Of a DNA stretch of 52,326 nucleotides, positions 9,038 through 19,700 are shown piece after piece. Both the position numbers and the translations under genes were made by a program. Every line of letters starts with the position of its first letter. The first letter of the stretch is position 1. The stretch is from a virus (taxonomy: Duplodnaviria > Caudoviricetes): the IMG/VR virus record IMGVR_UViG_3300042465_004150, positions 1-52,326 of that record; one strand, 5' to 3'. The notes under the pieces were generated by a model. That model was not told the DNA's origin, did not search any database, and was given only the letters and a program-made list of their open reading frames with translations.

Positions 9038-9264
9038 AACCACGCAAAGACCCCCGCATTGCAGCATACATGCGCAAACGCCGCGAAGAGCAGAACGATC
9101 CGGAACGGCGAATCTTCCCCGAGGTCGGCACCTTTTGCAGCACCAAGGAGTACGTTGAAAAATACTACGCCATGAACGGCTTGACAAATGGGTCGAGCAA
9201 AACGACCGAGCAATATGTGTCCGATCTTTTCGGAGCACTGTCCACTGAACCTGTAACCCTGTAA
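9034..9264 (+). CDS. hypothetical protein
   Basis: GGAGG RBS, GTGA overlap (MKPRKDPRI...). Confidence 0.65.
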   Translation: MKPRKDPRIAAYMRKRREEQNDPERRIFPEVGTFCSTKEYVEKYYAMNGLTNGSSKTTEQYVSDLFGALSTEPVTL

Positions 9265-9277
9265 ACCCAAAAGAGAG

Positions 9278-9643
9278 ATGGCAATGATTCAAATTACATT
9301 CACACCAGAGACCCCTGACCAAACGGCCGCAGTTGCCGAAGCGATGGTCAAGTACATGGCAGCTACCGCACCCGGCGGCACTGTTGCCGAGGTAAAGGAG
9401 CCCGCCACGCTTGAGATGCCAAAGCTCCGGCGCAAGGCCGCGTCAGCAGCCGAGCCAACACCTGCACCCGAAGAGGCAGCATCCATAACGCTTGAAGACA
9501 TTCGTGGCGTGTTGGCCAAGTTGAGCCAGGGCGGCAAAGCTGCTGAGGTCAAGGGCTTGATCGCCAAATTCAATGCAGCCAAGCTGACTGAAATCTCGGC
9601 CGACAAGTACGCCGAAGTCCTGGCCGCCGCAAAGGAGCTGTGA
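9278..9643 (+). CDS. phage protein of the APSE-like replication module
   Basis: C-terminal ITLEDIRGVLAKL..GKAAEVKGLIAKFNAAKLTEI typical of genes preceding DUF2800. Confidence 0.75.
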   Translation: MAMIQITFTPETPDQTAAVAEAMVKYMAATAPGGTVAEVKEPATLEMPKLRRKAASAAEPTPAPEEAASITLEDIRGVLAKLSQGGKAAEVKGLIAKFNAAKLTEISADKYAEVLAAAKEL

Positions 9644-9852
9644 TGACCATAGCAACACTCATCATCAAAGATGCACCTGACCATCAGTTCACCGTCGAGG
9701 GCACGCTTGACAGGCCAGAGGCGCTTGACGAGCCGCCCACACCTGCGCTGATCATCGCAAGCTACATCAGCGCAAACGCGAAGAAGGTATCCGACGACGC
9801 GATCGCTTGGTACAACGGCATGGACCCCGAGATTGAAGGCGCGCCGGTGTGA
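9643..9852 (+). CDS. hypothetical protein
   Basis: TGATG coupling, AAGGAG RBS. Confidence 0.65.
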   Translation: MTIATLIIKDAPDHQFTVEGTLDRPEALDEPPTPALIIASYISANAKKVSDDAIAWYNGMDPEIEGAPV

Positions 9853-10001
9853 TTGAGCTGGTCCGCACCTGGCAGATGCGCGAGTCGGGCAACCGCACGA
9901 AAGTGACGGTTGGCCAGGTGTGGCGTTGCACTGACTGCAACACCTATTTCCAAAACAAAGCACAAGCTCAAGAGCACAAGTGCAAAGAAGGCAACCAATG
10001 A
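9849..10001 (+). CDS. 50-aa zinc-finger-like protein
   Basis: MIELVRTW...WRCTDCNTYFQNKAQAQEHKC; overlaps both neighbours by 4 nt; below the ORF-track cutoff. Confidence 0.6.
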   Translation: MIELVRTWQMRESGNRTKVTVGQVWRCTDCNTYFQNKAQAQEHKCKEGNQ

Positions 10002-11167
10002 CAGCACACGCAAAGCTATCGGCATCAGGCAGCGAGAAGTGGATGACTTGCACGCCCAGCGCAACCCTGGAGTCGCAGTTTGCCGACGAGGGCAGTGACT
10101 TTGCACGCGAAGGGACCTTTGCACACGCGGTCTTTGAGCAGGAGATGCTGACGTACCTAGGCCGTTCTATCGAGCCGCTACCCGCAGACCTCATGCACTT
10201 CGACAGCCAAGAGCTGCGAGACCATGTGGCCACGTCTGTGGACTATGCCATCGAGCGGATCGAGGACGCGAGGGCGCACTGCAAAGACCCGGTCATCATG
10301 GTCGAGCGTCGTCTTGACTTCAGCCTGTGGGTGCCGGAAGGCTTCGGCACTGGCGACTTGGTGATCGTCACCGACGGCAGCGTCGAGGTGATGGACCTGA
10401 AGTACGGCAAGGGCATCTACGTTGACCCGATCAAGAACAGCCAGCTGCGCTTGTACGGGCTTGGCGCGTTTAATGAGCTGTGCCATCTGTACGACATCTT
10501 CCGTGTGCGCATGACCGTGTTGCAGCCCAGGCTCAACAACTTTGGCACCGAAGAGTTGCCCATCGAGGAGCTGCTTGACTGGGCCACATACGAGGTCAAG
10601 CCCTTGGCCAAGCTGGCATGGGAGGGTAAGGGCGAGTTCGTTGCAGGAGACCACTGCACCAGCTGCTTTTGCAAGGCACGTTACACATGCCCAGCCCGCG
10701 CAGAGCAGGCTATCGCAGTGGCCCAGGCTGAGTTTGGCCAGATCGAAGATGCCAAGCCACCGCTGCCGCAGTCGTTGTCGGTCGAGCGCATTGCGCAGCT
10801 GCTGCCCAAAGCGGACATGGTGATCGATTGGTTCAACGATCTGAAGACATACGCACTTGAGCAAGCGACCAAGCACAACAACGTGGTGCCCGGCTTCAAG
10901 CTGGTCGAGGGTCGAAGCAATCGCAAATACAGTGACCAGGATGCAGTGGCTGCCAAGCTCAAGGCTGCGGGCATACCTGATCAGATCATGTTCGAGCGCA
11001 GTCTTCTTGGCATCACTGCCATGGAGAAAGCGATCGGCAAGAAGGTGTTCATCGAGGTGCTGGGCGGTCTAATCGTCAAGCCCGAAGGTAAACCCACGCT
11101 CGTACCGGAGAGCGATAAAAGACCGGCACTCGCTTCGGCTGCGTCAGCAGCTGAGGATTTTTCGTAA
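9998..11167 (+). CDS. DUF2800 family PD-(D/E)XK (Cas4-like) nuclease
   Basis: HAKLSASGSEKWMTCTPS, EGTFAH, GFGTGD, DLKYGKG, QLRLYGLG, CFCKARYTCPAR, GFKLVEGRSNR. Confidence 0.9.
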   Translation: MTAHAKLSASGSEKWMTCTPSATLESQFADEGSDFAREGTFAHAVFEQEMLTYLGRSIEPLPADLMHFDSQELRDHVATSVDYAIERIEDARAHCKDPVIMVERRLDFSLWVPEGFGTGDLVIVTDGSVEVMDLKYGKGIYVDPIKNSQLRLYGLGAFNELCHLYDIFRVRMTVLQPRLNNFGTEELPIEELLDWATYEVKPLAKLAWEGKGEFVAGDHCTSCFCKARYTCPARAEQAIAVAQAEFGQIEDAKPPLPQSLSVERIAQLLPKADMVIDWFNDLKTYALEQATKHNNVVPGFKLVEGRSNRKYSDQDAVAAKLKAAGIPDQIMFERSLLGITAMEKAIGKKVFIEVLGGLIVKPEGKPTLVPESDKRPALASAASAAEDFS

Positions 11168-11190
11168 ATCAGTAAATAAGGAAACCAGAA

Positions 11191-11733
11191 ATGGCTACTA
11201 CCACCAATGCGACCAAGGTCATCACCGGCAAAGTGCGTTTGTCATACGTCAGCGTTTTTGAGATGAACGACAAGGGCAAGTACAGCACCGCGATCTTGAT
11301 CCCCAAGTCTGACAAAGCAACCCTTGACAAAATCAAGGCCGCGATTGAGGCAGTGAAGACTGACCCCAAAGCATCGACGACCTGGGGCGGCAAGTTCTTG
11401 TCCAGCTTCAAGACGCCGCTGCGTGATGGCGACACGGACCGTGACGTTGAGAAAAGCCCTGAGTACAAGGGTCACTTCTTTGTCAACTGCAACAGCGGCC
11501 AAAAGCCAGGGGTTGTAGATGCGCAATTGAACCCCATCATGGATAAGTCCGAGGTGTACAGCGGCTGCTATGCGCGAGTGTCAATCAACTTGTATGCGTA
11601 CAGCGTTGACGGCAACAAGGGCATTGCTGCTGGCTTGAACAACGTGCAAAAATTGGCAGACGGAGATTCGCTGTCTGGCCGCGCCCGTGCCGAAGACGAC
11701 TTCACCGCAGTCGAAGACGACTTCCTCGCTTAA
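11191..11733 (+). CDS. DUF2815 family ssDNA-binding protein
   Basis: VRLSY, KYSTAILIPK, PLRDGD, VYSGCYAR, GNKGIAAGLNNVQK; acidic tail EDDFLA. Confidence 0.9.
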   Translation: MATTTNATKVITGKVRLSYVSVFEMNDKGKYSTAILIPKSDKATLDKIKAAIEAVKTDPKASTTWGGKFLSSFKTPLRDGDTDRDVEKSPEYKGHFFVNCNSGQKPGVVDAQLNPIMDKSEVYSGCYARVSINLYAYSVDGNKGIAAGLNNVQKLADGDSLSGRARAEDDFTAVEDDFLA

Positions 11734-11752
11734 CCACTCTTTGGAGAAAACC

Positions 11753-11965
11753 ATGACTGAACAAGTCCAACCCATCGTGAACATCAAGTTCACACCCGCC
11801 GGTGCTGAGCTGGTGATCGGCGCACTGCGCAAGCTCCCGCATGAGCAAGTGCATGATCTGGTCGAGCAAACCTTTGCCCAGTACAAGCAAGAGATCGAAC
11901 GCTTGCAGGCTGAGGCGCAAGCAGCTCAACCCGTGACTGACGTGGAGCCTAAACAGCCCGAGTGA
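11753..11965 (+). CDS. hypothetical protein
   Basis: GGAG RBS; ALRKLPHEQVHDLV helix. Confidence 0.75.
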   Translation: MTEQVQPIVNIKFTPAGAELVIGALRKLPHEQVHDLVEQTFAQYKQEIERLQAEAQAAQPVTDVEPKQPE

Positions 11966-11977
11966 GTTTCGCAACAC

Positions 11978-12029
11978 CCGGTGTTATGAGCACCGGCGCG
12001 ATGACACCCCGGAAAGACGGGGGCTTTTT
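11978..12029 (+). terminator. two tandem hairpins ending in a T tract (terminator or structured RNA)
   Basis: ccggtgtt-atg-agcaccgg and ccccg-gaaaga-cgggg followed by cttttt. Confidence 0.5.
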
Positions 12030-12072
12030 GGTGAGGGACCACTTTCACCAAACAGTAAACCAGGAGAACAGA

Positions 12073-12165
12073 ATGCCGGAGGCAGACCTATGGATTTTGA
12101 TACGCCATTACGAAGCGTTGATCGTCAAGCTACTCGAAAGGTTGGATCAACATGACAACTCGTGA
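12073..12165 (+). CDS. 30-aa hypothetical protein
   Basis: AGGAG RBS, MPEADLWILIRHYEALIVKLLERLDQHDNS. Confidence 0.55.
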   Translation: MPEADLWILIRHYEALIVKLLERLDQHDNS

Positions 12166-12412
12166 ACGGATCATGGACGAGATGGAGAACGCGATCTTTT
12201 TGGAACCCAAAGATTTCGATGAAGCCATCATCGGCGTAACCTATAGGTTTGGCATGGACCCGGTGGTTGCCTACGACCGCACCATCGTGATCGACATTCT
12301 GGCGCGAGACATGTCCCGCGAAGACGCCGAAGAGTTCTTCGAGTTCAACACGATCGGTGCCTGGATGGGTGACTTGACCCCGGTGTTCATCGACACGAGG
12401 CCAGCTGAATGA
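12152..12412 (+). CDS. conserved phage hypothetical protein
   Basis: FDEAIIG..VVAYD..EDAEEFFEFNTIGAWMG..TPVFI pattern. Confidence 0.8.
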   Translation: MTTRERIMDEMENAIFLEPKDFDEAIIGVTYRFGMDPVVAYDRTIVIDILARDMSREDAEEFFEFNTIGAWMGDLTPVFIDTRPAE

Positions 12413-12627
12413 CCATGACTGAAGACCTTCCGACCTTCAGTGTGCACAAGCACATGGTCACCTACGAAAACCCCAAGGTGATCACCGACGGCCTTGTGCT
12501 GTACAAAGAAGCCACCATTGAGATCGACACCACCAACATGCGGCAGGACTTCCTGACGCATTTGATGTACTACCTTGGCGAGGGCCAAATCCGCGTGAAG
12601 GTCGCGCGCACGAAAGAACAGGCATGA
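12409..12627 (+). CDS. hypothetical protein
   Basis: ATGA overlaps at both ends. Confidence 0.65.
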   Translation: MTMTEDLPTFSVHKHMVTYENPKVITDGLVLYKEATIEIDTTNMRQDFLTHLMYYLGEGQIRVKVARTKEQA

Positions 12628-14642
12628 CCATCCTCCGCATTGACTTGGAGACCTACAGCAGCGTCGACTTGAAGAAGTGCGGCGTGCACAAGTACGCCGA
12701 GAGCGATGACTTTCAAATCATGCTGTTTGGCTTCAAGTACGGCAGCGGCCAGGTGCACGTTGTTGACCTGATAGCCGGAGAGAAAATCCCGCCACACATC
12801 TTGGAAGCAATTGACGACCCGACCATTCAAAAGACCGCATACAACGCAGCATTCGAGCTGGCATGTTTGAACCGGCACCTGGGCCGCGCGCTTGACGTGA
12901 CCCAGTGGAAGTGCACCAGCGTGCACGCCTTGTACCTGGGCATGCCGGGCAACCTCGCAGACGTGGGCCGCGTCGTGGGCCTGCCGCCCGAGAAGCAAAA
13001 GATGTCGATCGGCTGGTCACTCATCCGGTACTTCTGCTTGCCTTGCAAACCGACCAAGGTCAACGGCGGGCGCACACGCAACCACGCACACCATGACCCG
13101 GCCAAGTGGCAGCTGTTCAAGGACTACTGCGCGGCCGACGTGGAGAGCGAACACGCCATCGCTGAAAGGCTGGCCAAGTTCCCGGTGCCTGAGTCTGAGT
13201 GGAAACTGTGGCACCTTGACCACCGCATGATGACCAAGGGCGTGAAGCTGGACCGCGAGCTGGTCGAGGCTGCCATCGAGTGCGATGCGATCGTGCGCCA
13301 GCGCACATTGGCCGAAGCCGAACGCCTCACCGGCTTGGACAATCCCAACTCACGCAACCAGCTCTTGAAGTGGCTGCAAGAAGAGGAGGACGACACGACC
13401 ATCGTGGACCTGACCAAGAAGACCGTGCCCACCCTGCTTGCCAACACCGACAGCAGCGTGGTCAAGCGGGTCCTAGAGCTGCGACAAGAGCTGGCCAAGA
13501 CCTCGGTGTCCAAGTACCACGCCATGGCCAGGGCGATGTGCATCGACGACTGCGTGCGCGGGCTGACCCAGTTCTACGGTGCCAACCGCACCGGCCGGTG
13601 GGCTGGCCGGATCGTGCAGGTGCAGAACCTGCCGCAGAACAAGCTCAAGGACATCGCCTTGGCTCGTGACTTGTTGAAAGCGCGAGACTACGAAACGCTG
13701 GAGATGTTGTTCGGGAATGTGCCTGACACGCTCTCACAGCTCATCAGGACGGCTTTTATTGCACGGCCAGGGGCTAGGCTTATCCCGGTCGATTTCAGCG
13801 CCATTGAGGCCCGTGTGATCGCTTGGCTGGCCTGGTGCGTGTGGAGGCTTGAGGTGTTCAACACCCACGGCAAAATCTACGAAGCCTCGGCCGAACAAAT
13901 GTTCAAGCTGACACCCGGATCGGTGGGCAAGAAGTCACCCTACCGGCAAAAGGGCAAGATCGCTGAGCTGGCTTTGGGTTACCAGGGCGGGGTCGGCGCT
14001 TTGAAGACCATGGGCGCTTTGGCCATGGGCCTGACAGAGGAGGAGCTGGACCCCATCAAGGTGGCCTGGCGCGAAGCCAACCCCGAGATCGTGAAGCTGT
14101 GGTACGCGGTCGAGGAGAAGGCCAAGCAGGCAGTGCGCCGACGCACGAGTGAGGTGCTGTTGATCGCAGGCGGCCGCACTGAGCTGCGCTTTACTTGGGA
14201 GTCTGGGTTCCTGACGATCCGTCTGCCGTCAGGGCGCGAGTTGTTCTACGTGAAGCCACGCATCGAAGCCCAGGACCTGATGCGCGAGACCAGCACGGGC
14301 GGGCAGTTTGTTGTGGCAAGCCAGGGGTCCTTGACATACGAGGGCATGGACCAAAAGACCAAGCAGTGGACCAGGCTGGCCACCTATGGCGGCAAGCTGG
14401 TGGAGAACATCACTCAGGCGATTGCGCGTGACTGCTTGGCAGAGGCGATGCTGGCGCTGGACGAAGCGGGTATCGAGCAGCTGTTCACTGTGCATGATGA
14501 GGACGTGACCGAGGTGCCGTATGGCCAGGGCACATTGCAGCAAGTTGAGGAGATCATGGGCCGCAGCATGGGCTGGGCACCGGGCTTGCCTTTGAGGGGC
14601 GATGGGTTTGAGACCCCCTACTACATGAAGGAGATTGATTGA
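12624..14642 (+). CDS. DNA polymerase family A (APSE-type) with 3'-5' exonuclease
   Basis: DLETY, AYNAAFE, RTGRWAG, DFSAIEAR, RQKGKIAELALGY, VHDE. Confidence 0.95.
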   Translation: MTILRIDLETYSSVDLKKCGVHKYAESDDFQIMLFGFKYGSGQVHVVDLIAGEKIPPHILEAIDDPTIQKTAYNAAFELACLNRHLGRALDVTQWKCTSVHALYLGMPGNLADVGRVVGLPPEKQKMSIGWSLIRYFCLPCKPTKVNGGRTRNHAHHDPAKWQLFKDYCAADVESEHAIAERLAKFPVPESEWKLWHLDHRMMTKGVKLDRELVEAAIECDAIVRQRTLAEAERLTGLDNPNSRNQLLKWLQEEEDDTTIVDLTKKTVPTLLANTDSSVVKRVLELRQELAKTSVSKYHAMARAMCIDDCVRGLTQFYGANRTGRWAGRIVQVQNLPQNKLKDIALARDLLKARDYETLEMLFGNVPDTLSQLIRTAFIARPGARLIPVDFSAIEARVIAWLAWCVWRLEVFNTHGKIYEASAEQMFKLTPGSVGKKSPYRQKGKIAELALGYQGGVGALKTMGALAMGLTEEELDPIKVAWREANPEIVKLWYAVEEKAKQAVRRRTSEVLLIAGGRTELRFTWESGFLTIRLPSGRELFYVKPRIEAQDLMRETSTGGQFVVASQGSLTYEGMDQKTKQWTRLATYGGKLVENITQAIARDCLAEAMLALDEAGIEQLFTVHDEDVTEVPYGQGTLQQVEEIMGRSMGWAPGLPLRGDGFETPYYMKEID

Positions 14643-14941
14643 TGGATGACGCGATAGATAAAAGTTGGGTGGGCGTGAAGTTCGACGGCGACAAGCGCGA
14701 CTTCACATTGCTGCCTTGGGACTCGGTCGAAGAGATCGTGAAGGTGTTGGAGTTCGGCGCGGCCAAGTACGCGCGAGACAACTGGAAGCATGTTGCTGCT
14801 GACCGTTACGTGAAGGCAGCATTCCGCCACCTGGTTGCGTACAGCCAGGGCGAAGCGAATGACCAGGAAAGCGGCCTGCCCCACCTGGCCCACCTCGGCT
14901 GCTGTGTTTTGTTTCTGTTGAGCCTGGAGAAATCAGAATGA
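14642..14941 (+). CDS. dATP/dGTP diphosphohydrolase domain protein (DUF5664-like)
   Basis: GVKFDGDK..LLP..VLEFGAAKY..NW..AAFRHL..DQESGLPHLAH. Confidence 0.85.
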   Translation: MDDAIDKSWVGVKFDGDKRDFTLLPWDSVEEIVKVLEFGAAKYARDNWKHVAADRYVKAAFRHLVAYSQGEANDQESGLPHLAHLGCCVLFLLSLEKSE

Positions 14942-15135
14942 AAAACCTACAGGCATTTCCAAATCCACATCGCACCGACATTACGGGCATGACCCTGCGC
15001 GATTACTTTGCAGCCAAGGCGATGCAAGCGTTAATTATTGCTAATGGCCCTGCACCACAAGGCGGTTGGCCCACTTATGCAGAACGCACCGCATATCTTG
15101 TGGCAGACGCAATGCTGAAAGCGAGGGAAGCATGA
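14938..15135 (+). CDS. conserved phage protein (GMTLRDYFAAKAMQ family)
   Basis: AFP...GMTLRDYFAAKAMQ...AYLVADAMLKAR. Confidence 0.85.
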   Translation: MKNLQAFPNPHRTDITGMTLRDYFAAKAMQALIIANGPAPQGGWPTYAERTAYLVADAMLKAREA

Positions 15136-15227
15136 CCGCCATTGAATTTTTGGAGTCCCATTTCTGGGCGTTGTGGTGGCTGGTTGTTTGGCTGGGTATC
15201 TGCTTTGCCAACCTTGGGAGAAGATGA
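15132..15227 (+). CDS. 31-aa Trp-rich membrane peptide
   Basis: MTAIEFLESHFWALWWLVVWLGICFANLGRR; ATGA overlaps at both ends. Confidence 0.6.
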   Translation: MTAIEFLESHFWALWWLVVWLGICFANLGRR

Positions 15228-15385
15228 TGACACCAACAACAAGGTTTAGATTTATTGAGCGCCAAGACTTTACAGAAGATGTAGCCAACCCCCGAACCGT
15301 ACGCACCCTCCAGCAATACTGGGGGATTGAAGAAGACCTCTCGATTGGCGAATGGCGCGACATACCTCTTGAGGAAGAGACATGA
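15224..15385 (+). CDS. hypothetical protein
   Basis: MMTPTTRFRFIER...LQQYW...GEWRDIPLE. Confidence 0.7.
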   Translation: MMTPTTRFRFIERQDFTEDVANPRTVRTLQQYWGIEEDLSIGEWRDIPLEEET

Positions 15386-15762
15386 CTAAAGACGTACTGA
15401 AATATCTTCAACCCTACGCAGCAGTACCCATTGATATGGAGACCACAATTGCGCTGGTCAATGCGCTTAAAGATGCTTATGCAGAGCAAGAGCCTGTGGC
15501 GTGGGGTGTTGATTGGGGCAAAGCTGGCGATATTCCTTGCGTGAGCATCATCAAGCGTTTGCACGGTGGTGGCATTGAAGTTGTTGCTGTTGAGTATGCG
15601 CCATATAGCAACGCCCACCCACCACAGCGCACATGGGTAGAGTTAGCAGAAGAAAAAATAAAAGAAATTTGGCTGAAAGGCAAAGACCACGGCGATGACT
15701 GGCAAGATGTTTTGGCACTGGCTAGAGCGTTCGAGGCCGAGCTTAAAAAGGTAAACACATGA
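15382..15762 (+). CDS. hypothetical protein with EPVAW / PPQRTWV motifs
   Basis: ATGA overlap; motifs common in phage accessory proteins. Confidence 0.7.
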   Translation: MTKDVLKYLQPYAAVPIDMETTIALVNALKDAYAEQEPVAWGVDWGKAGDIPCVSIIKRLHGGGIEVVAVEYAPYSNAHPPQRTWVELAEEKIKEIWLKGKDHGDDWQDVLALARAFEAELKKVNT

Positions 15763-15926
15763 AGTGTCCAGAATGCGGAACGTGGACCATCGTAAAAGAA
15801 TCTCGCAAGCGCGAAGACAACACAACGAGACGGCGATATGAATGCGCCAACATGCATCGGTTTAATACAGTTGAACGAGTCGAAGAGTGCAAGCTCGGAG
15901 GCTCACGAACAAGGAAAAAGAAATGA
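15759..15926 (+). CDS. zinc-ribbon protein (NrdR N-terminal/Ogr-like)
   Basis: MKCPECG..T.VKESR...RRRYECANMHRFNTVE; 55 aa, below the ORF-track cutoff. Confidence 0.75.
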   Translation: MKCPECGTWTIVKESRKREDNTTRRRYECANMHRFNTVERVEECKLGGSRTRKKK

Positions 15927-16564
15927 ATTTTGTTTGCCCACTACCCCCAGTCAAAGTGCTCGTGCGCCCCGAGTACCTCTACGACTTCCAGTGCCCTGCC
16001 GACGCGCCGCTGGTCGAAGGCATCTGGTGCAGCGTCAAGTCAATTAAGGGCGAAGCCTTTCGCTTTGAGACATACCTGCCCCAGTACGGCGCGCTCTATG
16101 ACAAGCTGCCGATCAGCGCGTTCAAGCACAGCACATGCGAATTGTGTGACTTGCCACTGGACGTGCTGCAAATTTGGGACGCGTTGAGCTACCACGTCAC
16201 CGTGGTTGACAAGCCCTTGCTCAAGGGCCTGCGCGCTGAGTTCTTTGCCAAGGACAAAAAGACCTACGGCGGCGAGTACATGTTCACGCTTGATACTTGC
16301 AGCCCCGACCCGCGCATACCTGACTTTGGTTTCAGCGAAACGGTTGACGAGCACAAGAGCTACAACCTATTGAAGCTCGACAATGGCCAGTTCGCATTGC
16401 AGCCAAACAACCGTTGTCGGTTCTACGACCCAGCGTTCAACCCGGCCGAGATGAAGTTCCCCGACTTCAAAGTGGCCACGCAAAAGTACCGAGTCGAGCA
16501 GCACGCGAAGTGGCGGCTGGGCGACACGTCCAACTTCACATACGACATAGGAGAGGCGAAATGA
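15923..16564 (+). CDS. conserved phage hypothetical protein
   Basis: ATG 15923; LPPVKVLVRPEYLYD, GALYDKLPISAF, GQFALQPNNR. Confidence 0.8.
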   Translation: MNFVCPLPPVKVLVRPEYLYDFQCPADAPLVEGIWCSVKSIKGEAFRFETYLPQYGALYDKLPISAFKHSTCELCDLPLDVLQIWDALSYHVTVVDKPLLKGLRAEFFAKDKKTYGGEYMFTLDTCSPDPRIPDFGFSETVDEHKSYNLLKLDNGQFALQPNNRCRFYDPAFNPAEMKFPDFKVATQKYRVEQHAKWRLGDTSNFTYDIGEAK

Positions 16565-16776
16565 TTGACGACCCTGAAGAAGAAGCCTGGAAAGAGATCG
16601 AGGCCAAGCAGTCTCAGACCAATCTCTTTGTCATACGCCGGGAGCCTACCATTGCCGTGATTAGCATCGGACCCGACGGCCGTTTATTTTGGCACGGCCG
16701 TGAAGTCGAAACCGATGACGATTTTCGCGGGGCCATGATGGACCTCGCGGCCGCGTTTCGCAACACCAGGATTTAG
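16561..16776 (+). CDS. hypothetical protein
   Basis: GGAGAGG RBS, MIDDPEEEAW...; last + strand gene, converges on the late region. Confidence 0.65.
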   Translation: MIDDPEEEAWKEIEAKQSQTNLFVIRREPTIAVISIGPDGRLFWHGREVETDDDFRGAMMDLAAAFRNTRI

Positions 16777-19700
16777 TCCTTCTCTTCGCCGGTGACGGTG
16801 AGGCCCTGGCGCAGATTGCTGCGCTTTTCGCGCAGCTTTTCTTTCTCGCGTTCGGACGCCTCGCTGGTGATTGCGCCCTTGGACTCCAGGCGTGTGAGCT
16901 TTCTGATCTCAAGCTCAAGCTCGCGGATCATGGCCTTGGTCTGAGACGCTTGAATCTTCTCTGACGTGTCCAGGTCGATCGGGCGAGCCTTGATACCCAC
17001 GGTCTGCATAGCTGCATACTTGGGCTGGATGGGCAAGCCATCTGCACCGATGCCGGTGTACTCGGCCAGGCCCACGTTGACAGGCTGGCCGGTGCTGTTG
17101 GCAACCACGTTCATGGCACGCTCGAAGTGGGTGTTGCCCACGGCGATCGCAGGGCTGGCCTGCTTCCACATCCAAGCCGCACGTTTCTTTGCAGCCTCTT
17201 CGGCGGTGTCGCTCTTGAGGACGATGTCCTTGTTGCGGAACGTGTCCTTGTTGAACAGCATTGCTGCGGCCGTTGTGAGCACCGGGTTGTTGGGCGTGAG
17301 CGGAGCCAACAGCGGGATGCCGCCAGCGTTGTTGTGTGCGTCGAACAGATCGCCGCCTGGGAAGACGCGGCTCACGTCCAAGAACACCGGCAGGTTGGTC
17401 AGGTCGTCTGTCCCCAAGCGGATCGCCTTCTCGGTGCCCAATGACAGGCTTGCGCCCTTCATCCATTCGGGCAAGGATTTGCGCTCTTGCTTTTCCATGT
17501 CTTTGACACGGGCACGGAATTCGTCATCGGTCACGTACCGGCGAACGATGGTCCACCAGTCCTCATCATCGCCACCGCCCAGGCTGGCAGCGATCGAGTA
17601 CATGATCGCGTTGACCGTGTACAAGGCAACCGCTGGAGCAGCGTATCGGAACGGGTGCTCCAGTGCTGTGTTGGCCAAGGCCGGAATGGCTTTGAACGTG
17701 TAGCTAAAGAACGGCAAACCCACCGGCATGTCGCGGATGATGCGCGCGGTCTTTGGCAGATCGTCGTATGTGAAGATGTACTTCTGTGCATAGTCGACCG
17801 AGTCGTCCACACCCAGGCCACGGCCGCGAGCGTCGCGGTAGATCAGGTATCGGAAGAATTGATCTTCTGCATCGTATGCCACGCCCATGGGCTTGCGCAA
17901 GAACAAGGACAAAGCATTCCACACCCGGTCCACGTTTTTGCCAATCGGTGACTCGGTCATCTGGGCCATGGCTCGCAGCTCTTCAGGCATCGCCTTGATC
18001 AGCTCGGAACGGTTGAACGTACCACCAAACAAGCCAGCATCTTTGGCTTCGTCGACCATCGCGTCACCCTTGACCAGGTCTTTGATGGAGCCGATGTACT
18101 TGTGCGCGTCCCAGTAAGACACGCCAGCAAAGTGGGCCATCGTCAAGTTCGACAGCACGTTGTTCGCGTGGGCCACTGGGTTGAGAACGGTCTTGCCCTC
18201 TTTCCACATCGACAGACCTTTGAGGTACATCTTGGTCAAGTCGTTTTGCATGGACGAGTCAAACGCGCTGAGTTGGTCAAGCACTTCTTTGGGCACCCAC
18301 TTACCGGCGATCTTGCCGTAGCGGGGGACCATGGTGTCTTCGATCTTGGTGTCAGGCACCTTGACATAGCCAGGCTGCTCTGTGCGGCTGGCGTAATTGG
18401 TGGCCAGGCTTTCGTACAAGCGGCCCAGTGCAATGTCGCGCTGGCTCTTGTTGTAGCCCATGACAAAGCGGAACATGGAGTCGCGAATCTCGCCCATGTC
18501 GTCGCGTTCGTCGCGGGTGTAGTCGCGCCACACTGTGATGGTGTCGTTGACTGCCGGGTCGAAGTCCGGGTCGCGCACTTCCCAGCCTTCGCTTTCCCAA
18601 TCAGCCAGGTCATCGACCGGCACGGTCTCAAACATGCCGCGAGCTTTTAGGCTGCTGCCGCCAATGCCTTGCATGGTCTTCTTGCGGCCGAGCAAATTCT
18701 TGACCGCTTTCATCCAGGCTTTGGTTTCGTCTCCGAGCTTTTGTTCGTAGAAGCGCGGCAGGTACTTGCCGTCCCAGCGGCCAGCGGCCTCGGGTGAAAG
18801 CATGCCCAGGCGCACCAGCTCTGCCGTCTGTTCGGACATGATCGACTGCATCGATGCTGCCAGGTCAAGCACATGCTTGGGCGGTTTGGACCCGCGCTTG
18901 AGTTCGCCCTCGATCACATCGCTGATCATCTGGCGCTCTTGTTCAGGCAGGTCTTTGAGATTCTTGGCCACGTCAACCGTGAGGTTCTGGGCCTTCTCGA
19001 TTTCCATCTTCATCTTGCGCAAGGCGCGCGACAGCTCAGGGCTGACAGGCTTCAAGTTGATGGCACCGAGCACGGTGTTGGCCACGTCTGCTGCGTATCG
19101 ATAGGCTTTCGCACCTGCGCCGAATCGGAAGCGGCCCAGCTCATCGCGGCTGAATATCCAGCCCTCGGTCTCTTTGCCAACCGGCTGACGCTGGGCCAAG
19201 CGGATGTCCGGGTTGTTCTCATCGAATGCGCCGGTGTTGTCAATGGCAGATTTGATCTGAGTGGGTTTGAAAACCACGTACTCGGAAGGATTTACAGAGT
19301 CGCCGTCAAAGATGACCCCGTCATGCTCTGGCGTAAGCACCTCTAAAGCGCGGCGCTTGGCATCGCCAAACGACAGGCCTTGCCTGCGGTATTTCTTAAT
19401 CGCGGCGGTGGTATTGAGTGGATTCTCGATTCTTAAATACGCTTGAGTAACGTCACCCCGTGGAGTTCGGATGCTTGCACCAAACGCCCTGGTGTAGCCC
19501 ATTGCTGCTTGCGCGTCGCCGGTAAAGTAAGTGCCAGCCAGATCGCCCTTGGCGCTACGGGTGGTAACGCGGGAAGTATCAAAAACCGTCACGCCTTTGG
19601 ACAAACTCCCGTGATACACCACCAACGGTTCGCCTTGGTCATCCACCACCTTGCTGTCGCCAAACCAGCGTTTGAATTCTGGTGTCTCGGTCTGACGTTT

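Noticed and set aside
9998-11167. Cas4-like nuclease as part of a CRISPR system
   Set aside because: It is the usual DUF2800 member of the DUF2800-DUF2815-PolA module; no array or other cas genes
14642-14941. dATP/dGTP diphosphohydrolase as a sign of a modified-base (Z or deazaguanine) genome
   Set aside because: No PurZ, queuosine-pathway or DpdA-like genes recognisable in the window
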